Positions 19,883-28,963 of a stretch of 64,000 nt of DNA are shown here, in pieces. Location: positions 8,429 through 72,428 of the forward strand of contig CAZZER010000004.1 of assembly GCA_964653365.1 (NCBI GenBank). The letters run 5' to 3'. Within the stretch, counting starts at the first letter, position 1; every line of letters starts with the position of its first letter. This DNA is from an uncultured Candidatus Thioglobus sp. GTDB lineage: Bacteria > Pseudomonadota > Gammaproteobacteria > PS1 > Pseudothioglobaceae. Position numbers and translations under genes: made by a program. Under the pieces are notes generated by a model. That model did not search any database, was not told the DNA's origin, and saw only the letters and a list, made by a program, of their open reading frames with translations.

Positions 19883-20377
19883 ATGAAAGAAATTATTCAA
19901 GACGATAAATTTGTCGAATTAAACTACAAAATTACAGATCAAAAAACGGGTGAAATAATTGCTCAAGTGAATGTACCTTTGGGTTATGTTCAAGGCGATA
20001 AATCGCCATTATTGCCTCAAGTCATCCAGGCGCTTGAAGGAAAGTCGGTCGGTGATAAAATAGATGTGCCAATAGATTGCACTGAAATATTTGGCCCATG
20101 GGATAAGGATTTAACCTTTACAGACGACCTTGAAAACGTGCCAGAGGAGTATCGCTCGATTGGTACTAAAATCACGATGGAAAATAACGAGGGTGAGCCT
20201 AAAGATTTTTTTGTAACCAAGATTGAAAATAACAAGCTTACAGTAGATGGCAACAATCCTTTGTGCGGTAGGGAAGTGATTTTTTCCTTAAAGATTATTT
20301 CAATTCGCGATGCAACCGAAGCAGAGATTGAATCTGGTTGTGCCGTAGAGGTTGATCCAAACGAAACACGACATTAA
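19883..20377 (+). CDS. FKBP-type peptidyl-prolyl cis-trans isomerase, SlyD/SlpA-like
   Basis: From the internal ATG at 19883: MKEIIQDDKFVELNYKITD...; IF-domain-like insert; LTVDGNNPLCGREVIFSLKIISIRDATEAEIE matches the SlyD-family C-terminal motif (hPLAGk.L.F.v.v..vR.At.eE). No His-rich tail. Confidence 0.7.
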   Translation: MKEIIQDDKFVELNYKITDQKTGEIIAQVNVPLGYVQGDKSPLLPQVIQALEGKSVGDKIDVPIDCTEIFGPWDKDLTFTDDLENVPEEYRSIGTKITMENNEGEPKDFFVTKIENNKLTVDGNNPLCGREVIFSLKIISIRDATEAEIESGCAVEVDPNETRH

Positions 20378-20396
20378 TATCATTAATGCAATTATT

Positions 20397-20744
20397 ATGC
20401 CAATAGACTTCTCCCTTTTAGAAATAAACCTAGCAAAGAACCTTGTTAATGATCGATGGCGTGACGTAAAAATTGAGCTCGCTGATGTTGAAGTCTCAAG
20501 ATCATCGAAAAGCGAATCTTTGCCTTATCCAGCCCTTGTATGGGAGGCCTCAAAGTGCACGTTCGTTGTTATCAAGGTCGACGAATCCGCCTATAAGTGT
20601 ATTTTTTATTATTTAGGTACACAACGTTTTGATACTGGGGTCAATGAGTATGAAGATTTACACGATTGTGTTCTTTCGATCATGAAGCTTCAAGCCAACT
20701 TTTTGTTGACAAAAAACAACGATATCAGCGTTTCAAACACTTAA
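20397..20744 (+). CDS. Hypothetical protein (115 aa from ATG 20397)
   Basis: ORF only; no motif recognised. The track start at 20352 overlaps the upstream gene. Confidence 0.4.
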   Translation: MPIDFSLLEINLAKNLVNDRWRDVKIELADVEVSRSSKSESLPYPALVWEASKCTFVVIKVDESAYKCIFYYLGTQRFDTGVNEYEDLHDCVLSIMKLQANFLLTKNNDISVSNT

Positions 20745-20753
20745 AGAAATAAG

Positions 20754-21242
20754 CTAAGCAGAAAGGTCGTTAAAGACATGCGACTCAAACATCCAATTTT
20801 CTTTGTTGTCGATTGTTAGCGTTAAACATCTGGGCCCACCCTGGTTGCGAACACCACCTGAAGCTCCAGGGTTGATTATCCAAGGTTTGGTGTCATCGTC
20901 TATTGTTTGCACATGAGTGTGCCCATATACAACAGCCTTTGCGTCTGGATAAGTTCTTCTTAGTGAGTCATGGCACGGTTGGTAATGACCATGCTTATGC
21001 CCGTGCTCTATTACCAGGGTGCCACCAGGTAAATCAAGGCTCTCAACTTCTTTAAGGAAGAGCATGTGTGGATCATTGTTTCCTTGAACTGCAATAAGCT
21101 TTTGTCTTGGTGTAAGGTATTGCAGGATGGATTCATCAATAATATCTCCAGCATGAACAGCAAAATCACAGTTGTTAATCAACTCGACTATTTGCGGGTG
21201 GATTTCACCATGTGAGTCTGAAAGAATTGCAATAGTTACCAT
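20754..21242 (-). CDS. YfcE/MJ0936-family metallophosphoesterase
   Basis: Motifs DSHG, HAGD, GNND, EHGH and GHTH occur in canonical order. Lies 22 nt downstream of the soeC-like gene on the same strand. Confidence 0.8.
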   Translation of the reverse strand: MVTIAILSDSHGEIHPQIVELINNCDFAVHAGDIIDESILQYLTPRQKLIAVQGNNDPHMLFLKEVESLDLPGGTLVIEHGHKHGHYQPCHDSLRRTYPDAKAVVYGHTHVQTIDDDTKPWIINPGASGGVRNQGGPRCLTLTIDNKENWMFESHVFNDLSA

Positions 21243-21263
21243 ACAAAAAACCTTTATAAATTA

Positions 21264-22190
21264 TTATGCTTCTCTGCCATAGTATAAATTGACAACGTGT
21301 TTGGCTTCAGCAAAAAATAGCCATCTTTCCAACAGGGCGCCAAGGAAGCAAGTACATGTCGCACTAACTAATGTAACAAAATCAAAACCCTGTAACAAGC
21401 TGAATACTGGAAAAACTACCATCAAAATGAGAGAAGCATAACGAAGTACCTGCACTTTTTTTGCAGATACCTCAAAACCAAATTCACGCATTGAGAAGTT
21501 TTTGGCACTTTCACCCGTATGCAATAAGCGCACGGTTCTTGCAGAGAGACCTGTTGCTGTTTTGATACTTAGACCAGAGGGTTTGCCTATAAAGTAATAG
21601 TAAATGATTTTAGTAATAAGAACCAATGTGGGTAAAACAAGCAATATTTCAACGGGCATATTAGGCCCTTGATCAAAGAATTTGAAGATTGATAGGCATG
21701 CTAGGGAGCCAGAAAGTAGCCCAATTAATATGTAATTGCATGGTACTAGGGGTGAATTCCAGGCGCGAATAGTCTTAAGGCACGCATAAATCATTCCCGT
21801 TGAATAAATCGTGATTAATGAAATAGCCATGAGAGTAATTGCAATAGAACTAAACAACGTTTCGCTTGCTTCGAACAGATAGAATGAAGCGATAAAAATC
21901 AACGCGATAGGAAAACTTAACACCGCAAATACACCTTCTCTTGAAAGCCAAGATGAACGAAAACGCAAAAATGCTCGCCAAGCATTCTTTGGATTTGCCA
22001 AATGAAATGTTGATGAAATTAACCCCAGCACAACACAAAGTAAACCAAAGGACGTACTTGTGAATAGCGCATCAGAAAAGTGATTTACAGACTCTTTACT
22101 GAGCAGTGCAATTAACGCGGAGAAAACCAAAACGCCATATCCCATTCCTGAGGAGACCGTAAATAAGATAACTGAAAAAGCTGGATGCAT
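21264..22190 (-). CDS. soeC: DmsC/NrfD-like polytopic membrane anchor subunit, SoeC-like
   Basis: 308 aa, about 8 hydrophobic helices. Third gene of the molybdoenzyme operon. Confidence 0.6.
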   Translation of the reverse strand: MHPAFSVILFTVSSGMGYGVLVFSALIALLSKESVNHFSDALFTSTSFGLLCVVLGLISSTFHLANPKNAWRAFLRFRSSWLSREGVFAVLSFPIALIFIASFYLFEASETLFSSIAITLMAISLITIYSTGMIYACLKTIRAWNSPLVPCNYILIGLLSGSLACLSIFKFFDQGPNMPVEILLVLPTLVLITKIIYYYFIGKPSGLSIKTATGLSARTVRLLHTGESAKNFSMREFGFEVSAKKVQVLRYASLILMVVFPVFSLLQGFDFVTLVSATCTCFLGALLERWLFFAEAKHVVNLYYGREA

Positions 22191-22205
22191 AATTACTCCA
22201 ATTAG

Positions 22206-22898
22206 TTAGCGACTAATTAACTCATTCGCCCAGTTTTTAACTTGGCTAATGAGTGTTTTTGGTTTTTTGTCAATCTTGATATTGTTGGCAAGTCTTGGCG
22301 GTAAATATTGGTTTGTTGGGTTGTATCCAAGTTCACTCATTAAACCATCGCCATTTCTCTCACGAGTTAGCTTGCTAACATTCGAGTTAGGGTCATCGAA
22401 GTCGCCAAAATGGCGTGCACTGGTTGGGCAGGTCATAACACATGAGGGTTGGCGCTCAGCCTCTGGCAGTGATTCATCATAAATTCGATCAACACATAGG
22501 GTGCACTTTTTCATCGTGCCAGATTCTCTGTCTAGTTCTCTAGAGCCATAAGGGCAGGCCCATGCGCAATAATTGCAACCCATGCATTTGTCTTGGTCAA
22601 TTAAAACAATGCCATCGCTTTTGCGTTTGTAAGATGCACCTGTTGGACAAACAGTAACACAGGCGGCCTCTTCACATTGCATACAAGACATAGGGAAATT
22701 AACCGTTTTATCATGAGGGTAGTCGCCTTCTTCGTAAACACGAACACGGTTAAAAAAAACGCCCGAAGGATCTTTGTCATAAGGTTTATGATCGCTAAGT
22801 GAGCCTGTTGTTCCAGATGTGTTCCATTCTTTACAGGAAATGGCGCAAGCATGACAACCAACACAGGTGTCTAAATCAATAACTAATCCTAATCTCAT
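22206..22898 (-). CDS. soeB: 4Fe-4S ferredoxin-type electron-transfer subunit (DmsB-like), SoeB-like
   Basis: Cys clusters CVGCHACAISC, CMQCEEAACVTVCP, CMGCNYCAWACP and CTLC...C. Confidence 0.7.
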   Translation of the reverse strand: MRLGLVIDLDTCVGCHACAISCKEWNTSGTTGSLSDHKPYDKDPSGVFFNRVRVYEEGDYPHDKTVNFPMSCMQCEEAACVTVCPTGASYKRKSDGIVLIDQDKCMGCNYCAWACPYGSRELDRESGTMKKCTLCVDRIYDESLPEAERQPSCVMTCPTSARHFGDFDDPNSNVSKLTRERNGDGLMSELGYNPTNQYLPPRLANNIKIDKKPKTLISQVKNWANELISR

Positions 22899-22907
22899 AA
22901 TATCTCC

Positions 22908-25841
22908 TTAACGCGCTTTTTTGCCACGGGTTAATACGTCTTTTGTTGGGCGCACAATATTGACAGGGTCGTGAGTTTTGTATCTAAGAATGTCGGGTTG
23001 TAATGGTGCGTTAGGTATAGGCTTAATAGTGTCAAACTGCGGGAATGAAACCGGCGTTTGATCTTCAGCTCTTCGCACTTTGACTCGGGCGTCGTACCAA
23101 GCAGCTTGGCCAGTAATTGGGTCAGAATTTGTCAATTCTTTTCTGGAAGGTGAATTGGGTAACAATTCTGAAATTAAATGGTTAAGCAAAAAGCCTTTTT
23201 CCGATTCGTTAGAACCCGCTTTTAAGCCCCATGCGCCAGATTGCTTGCCAATAGCGTTCCAAGTCCAAACAGTGTGCTTTTCACAACCTTCCATCAACTT
23301 AGCTTGAACTTTAATTGCGCCACTTCTAGATTCGACCCATACCCAATCGTGCTCAGCAATACCCATCGATTCAGCGATTGTTCGATTAATATAAAGCCTA
23401 TTTTGAGCCATAATTTGACGCAACCAAGCGTTTTGTGAATCCCATGAGTGGTACATAAACATTGGTCTTTGAGTGGTGGTTGAGAAAGGATATTCATTTT
23501 CATCAATCATTTCCACCTCAAGAGGTTTGTAGTAACTTGGGCAGGGTGTAAAGTATTTGCTTAAACGTTCTTTATCAGTTTCGTTTGTGGGGCAAGGTCC
23601 GTCGTAAAGGCCCTTTCCAGCTAAGCGGAACTTTTGCAAGGTCTCTGAGTACAACTCCATGACAATGGGTTTGTCATTAAAATTTAAATGAGTCTCGGCT
23701 GCAAACTCAAGATACTCTTTATTAGCAAAACGATAGTACTTTTGTGAGTCCGGAATTTTGGTCTCGAAAAAACTTTCGTTTTCAATATATTTTTCCCACT
23801 GATCCGGGTTTGGCTCTCCAACAATACTTTTTTCACCGTTTTTACCTCTCCAGCCAGCTAAAAAACCTATTCCGGGGTGCTTTTCCCAATTGGTGATAAA
23901 TTCTTTGTAACCTGAGTATTTAGCGCTGCCATCCGCATTCGTGAATACGGGAAATTTTAACCTAGTGCCCAAGTCAACCATGACTTCTTGCCATGGCCTG
24001 ACATCGCGATCTAGTTCAACAATTGGGTGTCTGATTGAGTCAGCAATAACATGCGGCTCGGAAATAGGGCGGTCAAGGATAGAGATTGTGTCGAAGCGCT
24101 CTAGGTAGGTAGTGTCAGGCAGAATAAGGTCGCCAAAATTAACTGTTTCTGAGTGAAAAGTGTCCACAACCACCAAGTACGGAATTTTATATTCACCGTT
24201 TTCGTCTTTTTCTCGTAAAAGTTTTTGGGTGTCTCCGGGATTCATGCTTGAATTCCATGCCATATTCGCCATAAAGAAAATAAGCGTATCAATTGAGTAT
24301 GGATCTCCCTTTACTGCGTTGTTGACCACCATATGCATAAGGCCGTGGTTTGCAATGGGCGCTTCCCATGAATAGGCTTTATCAATTCTAAGTGGTTTTC
24401 CGCTCTTGTCGATACACAGATCTTCTGGACATGTAGGAAAGCCTAAAGGTGGTGTTTTTAAAGGCGTATTAGGCGACATCTCTTTTGCCGGTTTAATTGG
24501 CGGCGGTATCATTCTTGGGAAGGGAGGCTTTGCCAAGTGTGACCCCGGGCAATCAATGGCTCCTAACAGCACTTGCAAGATATGAATGGCGCGACAAGTT
24601 TGAAAGCCGTTCGAGTGTGCAGCGATACCACGCATCGCATGCATTGACACTGGTCTGCCAATAAATTTATCGTGTTTTCTGCCAGTCCAATCTGTCCATT
24701 CCGTTTCAATTTCTATGGTTTCTTGAAAAGCTACATGTGACATTTCTAAAGCATGTCTTTCGATATCTTCAACAGAGATACCAGTTTCTTTCTCAATCTT
24801 TTCTAAGCTGTATTCATCATCAAGGTAAGTTTCAACCAAAATAGTAAAAGAGGTTTTAACCATAAAACCTTCATCAGTTTGCCACTCACCAAATAAAGCA
24901 GGCTTTATATCTGCTTGACTCGCATCCACAAAGCTGTTTTCTTCAAGCTCCCAAGCCAGAGGCTTGCCTTCACTGTTTCGCCAAATAAGGCCGTCATTGC
25001 TTTGGCCTGGATTTTGAATAACCAAATGAGGCGCATTGGTGTAACGCACCAAAAATTCTTTGTCAAATTGATCGTTTTCAAGCAATACACGAGACATTCC
25101 TATTGCAAACAAGCCATCGGTTCCTGGTCGGATAGGAATCCACTCATCAGCAATAGCTTGGTAGCCAGTACGCACTGGGTTTACGGTGGCAAATTTAGCA
25201 CCATTTTTTTTCAGTTTTGAAAGACCGATTTTAATTGGATTTGACGAATGGTCTTCGGCTACACCCCAAAGCATAAAGTACTTGGTATTATCCCAATCAG
25301 GATCGCCAAACTCCCAAAATGACTGCCCTAATGTATAGAGACCCGCCGCCGCCATATTGACAGAGCAAAAGCCGCCGTGTGCAGACCAATTAAGCGTTCC
25401 AAATTGTTGTGCCCAAAGCCCCGTAAGCGCCTGCATTTGATCTCTGCCGGTAAAAAAAGCCAATTTTTTTGGGTCAGTATCACGGATTTTTTGTAAACGC
25501 TCTGTGAGTTCGTTCAGGGCTTCATCCCAGGATATAATCTCGAACTCCCCTGCACCTCTTTCTGTACCAGGCTTTCTGCGCATGGGAGAGTGGAGTTTAG
25601 CCATAGATTCATGCTTCATAATGCCAGCATTGCCTTTGGCACAAAGCACACCTTTGTTTATTGGGTGGTTGCGATTACCTTGTATGTAGCGAACTTTTTT
25701 CCCTTCAAGCGTCACTTTGATGCCACAACGGCAAGCACACATATAGCAAGTGGTTGTTTTTACTTCTTGATTTGATCTGTCTTCAAAAATCGGTAAAGGG
25801 TCTTCAAGATCAATATTTTGCGGGCATGTTTGTGTGCTCAT
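22908..25841 (-). CDS. soeA: Bis-MGD molybdopterin oxidoreductase catalytic subunit without a Tat signal, SoeA-like (cytoplasm-facing sulfite:quinone dehydrogenase)
   Basis: 977 aa. N-terminal FeS motif CYMCACRCG...C. There is no RRxF(L/K) motif in MSTQTCPQNIDLEDPLPIFEDRSNQEVKTTT. The three-gene A-B-C layout and sulfonate context fit SoeABC. Confidence 0.65.
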   Translation of the reverse strand: MSTQTCPQNIDLEDPLPIFEDRSNQEVKTTTCYMCACRCGIKVTLEGKKVRYIQGNRNHPINKGVLCAKGNAGIMKHESMAKLHSPMRRKPGTERGAGEFEIISWDEALNELTERLQKIRDTDPKKLAFFTGRDQMQALTGLWAQQFGTLNWSAHGGFCSVNMAAAGLYTLGQSFWEFGDPDWDNTKYFMLWGVAEDHSSNPIKIGLSKLKKNGAKFATVNPVRTGYQAIADEWIPIRPGTDGLFAIGMSRVLLENDQFDKEFLVRYTNAPHLVIQNPGQSNDGLIWRNSEGKPLAWELEENSFVDASQADIKPALFGEWQTDEGFMVKTSFTILVETYLDDEYSLEKIEKETGISVEDIERHALEMSHVAFQETIEIETEWTDWTGRKHDKFIGRPVSMHAMRGIAAHSNGFQTCRAIHILQVLLGAIDCPGSHLAKPPFPRMIPPPIKPAKEMSPNTPLKTPPLGFPTCPEDLCIDKSGKPLRIDKAYSWEAPIANHGLMHMVVNNAVKGDPYSIDTLIFFMANMAWNSSMNPGDTQKLLREKDENGEYKIPYLVVVDTFHSETVNFGDLILPDTTYLERFDTISILDRPISEPHVIADSIRHPIVELDRDVRPWQEVMVDLGTRLKFPVFTNADGSAKYSGYKEFITNWEKHPGIGFLAGWRGKNGEKSIVGEPNPDQWEKYIENESFFETKIPDSQKYYRFANKEYLEFAAETHLNFNDKPIVMELYSETLQKFRLAGKGLYDGPCPTNETDKERLSKYFTPCPSYYKPLEVEMIDENEYPFSTTTQRPMFMYHSWDSQNAWLRQIMAQNRLYINRTIAESMGIAEHDWVWVESRSGAIKVQAKLMEGCEKHTVWTWNAIGKQSGAWGLKAGSNESEKGFLLNHLISELLPNSPSRKELTNSDPITGQAAWYDARVKVRRAEDQTPVSFPQFDTIKPIPNAPLQPDILRYKTHDPVNIVRPTKDVLTRGKKAR

Positions 25842-25893
25842 TCTCGATTTGGCAATGCTTATATTAATTAAAAGGAAGTTTGTGATTTGAGTA

Positions 25894-25952
25894 ACTCATA
25901 TATATGAGTACATTCGGTGTTAATTTTACTTGGTTGTAAGTCTGCTTGGCAA
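25894..25952 (-). promoter_or_regulatory. P(soe): reading the minus strand, TTGCCA(25952-25947)-18 nt-TAAAAT(25928-25923), followed 13 nt later by ACTCATATATATGAGT (25909-25894)
   Basis: Read directly. Same palindrome and same 18-nt spacer as the other two promoters. Confidence 0.6.
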
Positions 25953-25989
25953 TAAATATAAGAGGTCTGATAATTTGCTGGGCAATAAA

Positions 25990-26709
25990 TTATTCTGGCA
26001 CACCAATAGTGGTTGTGTAACTGAACATATCAGCACGACCAGTTGTTATACGATATTCAACCAACCCTTTGCCTTTTGCATAAGAATGACGGTTTAGGAT
26101 AACAACAGGGTCTCCCTCATTAATATCAAGAATAGTAGCAGTTTTATTATCAGCAATGCTTGCAGTTAGTATTTCTTTAGATGAGGTAACATGGGTTCCA
26201 AATTGTTTGGATACCAATGCATATAACAAGTCTGGGATATGAACGCTAGATTTCTGCAAACCCTCAACTGTCTCAGCGATCCACCAAGATTTTTCAATTA
26301 TGATCGGGTGCTTTTTATCGATATATCCCATTCTTTCTAGGTAAATCACTTCGTCACCATGCTCAATTTCAAGTTGATGGCTGATTTCAGCGGTAGCAGA
26401 AATCTTTTTTCTAACCGGAGTTGTTTTATAGATGCGGATTGACGAGCCAGTGCTACTACCATAACTGAAAAAGTTAAACATACTATTGTCAAAGCCATAA
26501 TCCGAAACATAGGTGCCTTTACCATGATGGCGATAGAGTAATTTGTCTTGCTCAAGAATATCAATGGCCTTTCTGACTGTCCCAACACTGACGCCGAGTA
26601 ATTTTGACAGCTGTGATTCAGAGGGCACAAGGTCACCAACCATTAATTCACCACTAGTAATTCTATCCTTAATATGGTCAACTACAGTTTCGTAAAGTTT
26701 CTTTTTCAA
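25990..26709 (-). CDS. GntR-family transcriptional regulator, HutC subfamily (wHTH plus UTRA effector domain)
   Basis: 239 aa. N-terminal HTH ESQLSKLLGVSVGTVRKAIDILEQDKLLYRHHGKGTYV. The C-terminal ~160 aa have UTRA-like length and pattern. Confidence 0.8.
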   Translation of the reverse strand: MKKKLYETVVDHIKDRITSGELMVGDLVPSESQLSKLLGVSVGTVRKAIDILEQDKLLYRHHGKGTYVSDYGFDNSMFNFFSYGSSTGSSIRIYKTTPVRKKISATAEISHQLEIEHGDEVIYLERMGYIDKKHPIIIEKSWWIAETVEGLQKSSVHIPDLLYALVSKQFGTHVTSSKEILTASIADNKTATILDINEGDPVVILNRHSYAKGKGLVEYRITTGRADMFSYTTTIGVPE

Positions 26710-26876
26710 AGCAAGGCATATAATTGAATTTTGATATATGATAACACACTGATCATATCCACGAAGACTCGTATTGGTCCATTTAATTATAGTATGTCAA
26801 TTAAGGTGCAGTTATAACTAATTGTTTTTTATTGAAAAATATAATTTTTTGCTTTATATCAATATAAAAAATATAA

Positions 26877-26927
26877 TTGACAACCTGTAAGTTGCCATGG
26901 TAAGATGCATCACTCATATATATGAGT
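26877..26927 (+). promoter_or_regulatory. P(tct): TTGACA(26877-26882)-18 nt-TAAGAT(26901-26906), followed 5 nt later by ACTCATATATATGAGT (26912-26927)
   Basis: Read directly. It lies in the divergent region between the GntR gene and tctA. Confidence 0.65.
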
Positions 26928-26974
26928 ACTGGCGAATCATAAATATAATTAATTAATTTATTGAGTGCAATAGA

Positions 26975-28486
26975 ATGGAATATTTCGTATTTTTAGACTA
27001 CTTTGATAACGTTTTTACTTGGTATCACTTAGCACTACTTATTGGCGGTACATTTGCTGGAATTGTTTTGGGAGCATTGCCTGGCCTTAGCCCAACTATG
27101 TCTGTTGCTCTTCTTATTCCATTTACTTTCCATATGGAGCCAGCTAGTGGCCTAATTTTGTTAGGTGCTATGTACACAGCCACTGTAGCTGGTGGCGCGA
27201 TTAGTGCTATCTTGGTGAATGTGCCTGGCGCACCGGCTAATATTGCTACGGCTATGGATGGTCATAAACTAGCAAAGCAAGGCAAGGCAAAAGAAGCTCT
27301 TCACTATTGCTTTATGTCGTCATTTGTTGGCGGTATATTTGGTGTTATTATTCTAATTTTCTTTACCCCACCTTTGGCTGAATGGTCGCTAAAATTTGGC
27401 ACGACAGAGCTTTTTTGGGTTGCGATTTTAGGTATTACCATCATTGCAACAATTGACTCGAATTCTGTTGTCAAAGGCCTTTTATCAGGCCTTTTTGGTT
27501 TGATATTGGCGACAGTGGGTGACAATCCGGTTCTTGGCGTTGAAAGATTTGTGGTCTCAGATCACCTTACCGGCGGTGTTAATATTGTTGTTGGTTTGAT
27601 TGGTTTGTTCGCAATGCCACAAGTCCTAAGCCTGATGGAGGGTTATTATAAAGACAAACACGATGTATTAGAAGCCACAGGTTCTTCCACTTTGCTTCAA
27701 TCATTTAGGTATGTACTTAGCCGTATTAAAGCGTTGTCAATTGGATCTGTCGTTGGCTCTTTGATTGGCATCATCCCAGGTGCTGGCGGACAAATAGCGG
27801 GCCTAGTTTCCTACGATCAGACAAAAAAAGTAAGTAAAGTCCAGGACAATTACGGCAAGGGTGAGCCAGAAGGTGTTGTCGCAGCTGAAAGCGCAAACAA
27901 TTCGATGGTTGGGCCTTCTTTAATTCCGTTATTAACTTTGAGTATTCCAGGCAGCCCTACAGCAGCGGTTTTGTTGGGTGGTCTTCTTATTCATGGTATT
28001 TTTCCTGGCCACGAAATTTTTGTGTCAGAAAATACTAAAGAAGTGGTTTGGACATTTATTGATTCTTTAATTCTTGCGCAAGTGTTCATGCTTATTATTG
28101 GTCTTTTCCTAAGCAGACATAGTGGCTGGATTATGAAAGTACCTGACAACTATATGGCTGTCGGTATTTTTGTTTTGGCAGTTTTTGGTACTTATAGTAT
28201 CGGTAACTCGTATTCAGATGTGTTGATCATGGTTACTTTGGGCACTGTAATGTTTTTTGCCAGTAAGGCAGGTTTTAGCGCTGTACCTGTTGTGTTGGGT
28301 ATTATTTTGGGTCCAATTGCTGAGAATAACTTTTTATTGGGTAAATTAATTGGCGGTGCAAAATATCAAGGTGATTGGTGGCTGTACTTTGTTCGCGATT
28401 CTCTCAATATAACTTTGATTGCAATCTGTTTACTTTCAATCGCATGGGGTGTTTACTCCACAACAAAATCTAAGAATAAATCTTAA
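26975..28486 (+). CDS. tctA: Tripartite tricarboxylate transporter (TTT) large permease, TctA family
   Basis: 503 aa, highly hydrophobic. TctA-like pattern GALPGLSPTMSVALLIPFTF..., ...IIPGAGGQIAGLVSYDQ..., ...LSIPGSPTAAVLLGGL. Confidence 0.8.
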   Translation: MEYFVFLDYFDNVFTWYHLALLIGGTFAGIVLGALPGLSPTMSVALLIPFTFHMEPASGLILLGAMYTATVAGGAISAILVNVPGAPANIATAMDGHKLAKQGKAKEALHYCFMSSFVGGIFGVIILIFFTPPLAEWSLKFGTTELFWVAILGITIIATIDSNSVVKGLLSGLFGLILATVGDNPVLGVERFVVSDHLTGGVNIVVGLIGLFAMPQVLSLMEGYYKDKHDVLEATGSSTLLQSFRYVLSRIKALSIGSVVGSLIGIIPGAGGQIAGLVSYDQTKKVSKVQDNYGKGEPEGVVAAESANNSMVGPSLIPLLTLSIPGSPTAAVLLGGLLIHGIFPGHEIFVSENTKEVVWTFIDSLILAQVFMLIIGLFLSRHSGWIMKVPDNYMAVGIFVLAVFGTYSIGNSYSDVLIMVTLGTVMFFASKAGFSAVPVVLGIILGPIAENNFLLGKLIGGAKYQGDWWLYFVRDSLNITLIAICLLSIAWGVYSTTKSKNKS

Positions 28487-28487
28487 T

Positions 28488-28940
28488 ATGAAGCCCCAAA
28501 TCAAACTTTCCACTATTGTTGTCACATTACTTACCATTGGTTTACTGATAATCTCCTTTGACGAGGTTCTCAACCCGAACAAATGGACTGAAAACGAAGA
28601 CTACCTATTCCCACGATTTGTAGCTTGTGGAATCGCATTTTTGACTCTACTCTTATTTTTTGATCAAACAAAAAATAAAAAAACCCTATTAAAAGACTTA
28701 TTGCCAGGCCTGGGCTTAATAATTGTCTACCTTGTCGTCATGAAAACCATTGGTTTTTATGTGACCTCCCTAATTATGTTCTTCGCAGTTGTGATGATTT
28801 ATCAAAAGCGTGAAGAATCTACTGACTTTTGGCGTGCGAGCATTTATAAACTCGCAATATCAATAGTTTTTACAGTTGTACTGTACTTGCTATTTACTGT
28901 GTTATTGAATGTTTACCCGCCAAAGGGGTTGTTTTTATAA
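28488..28940 (+). CDS. tctB: TTT small membrane subunit, TctB family
   Basis: 150 aa from ATG 28488, one nt after the tctA stop. Four hydrophobic helices. Located between tctA and tctC. Confidence 0.65.
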   Translation: MKPQIKLSTIVVTLLTIGLLIISFDEVLNPNKWTENEDYLFPRFVACGIAFLTLLLFFDQTKNKKTLLKDLLPGLGLIIVYLVVMKTIGFYVTSLIMFFAVVMIYQKREESTDFWRASIYKLAISIVFTVVLYLLFTVLLNVYPPKGLFL

Positions 28941-28963
28941 CTAACTCATATAAGGAGAGAAAA

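Noticed and set aside
22908-25841. The molybdoenzyme as a periplasmic polysulfide, thiosulfate or tetrathionate reductase (Psr/Phs/Ttr)
   Set aside because: The first ~30 residues show no twin-arginine motif or hydrophobic signal. The operon also sits among sulfite-producing and sulfite-consuming genes. A SoeABC-like assignment is preferred, but it is not proven without a phylogeny.
28941-28950. AACTCATATA just upstream of the tctC RBS, resembling half of the ACTCATATATATGAGT operator
   Set aside because: Only one half-site is present, with no matching inverted half (it is followed by AGGAGAG). It is probably chance in AT-rich sequence.
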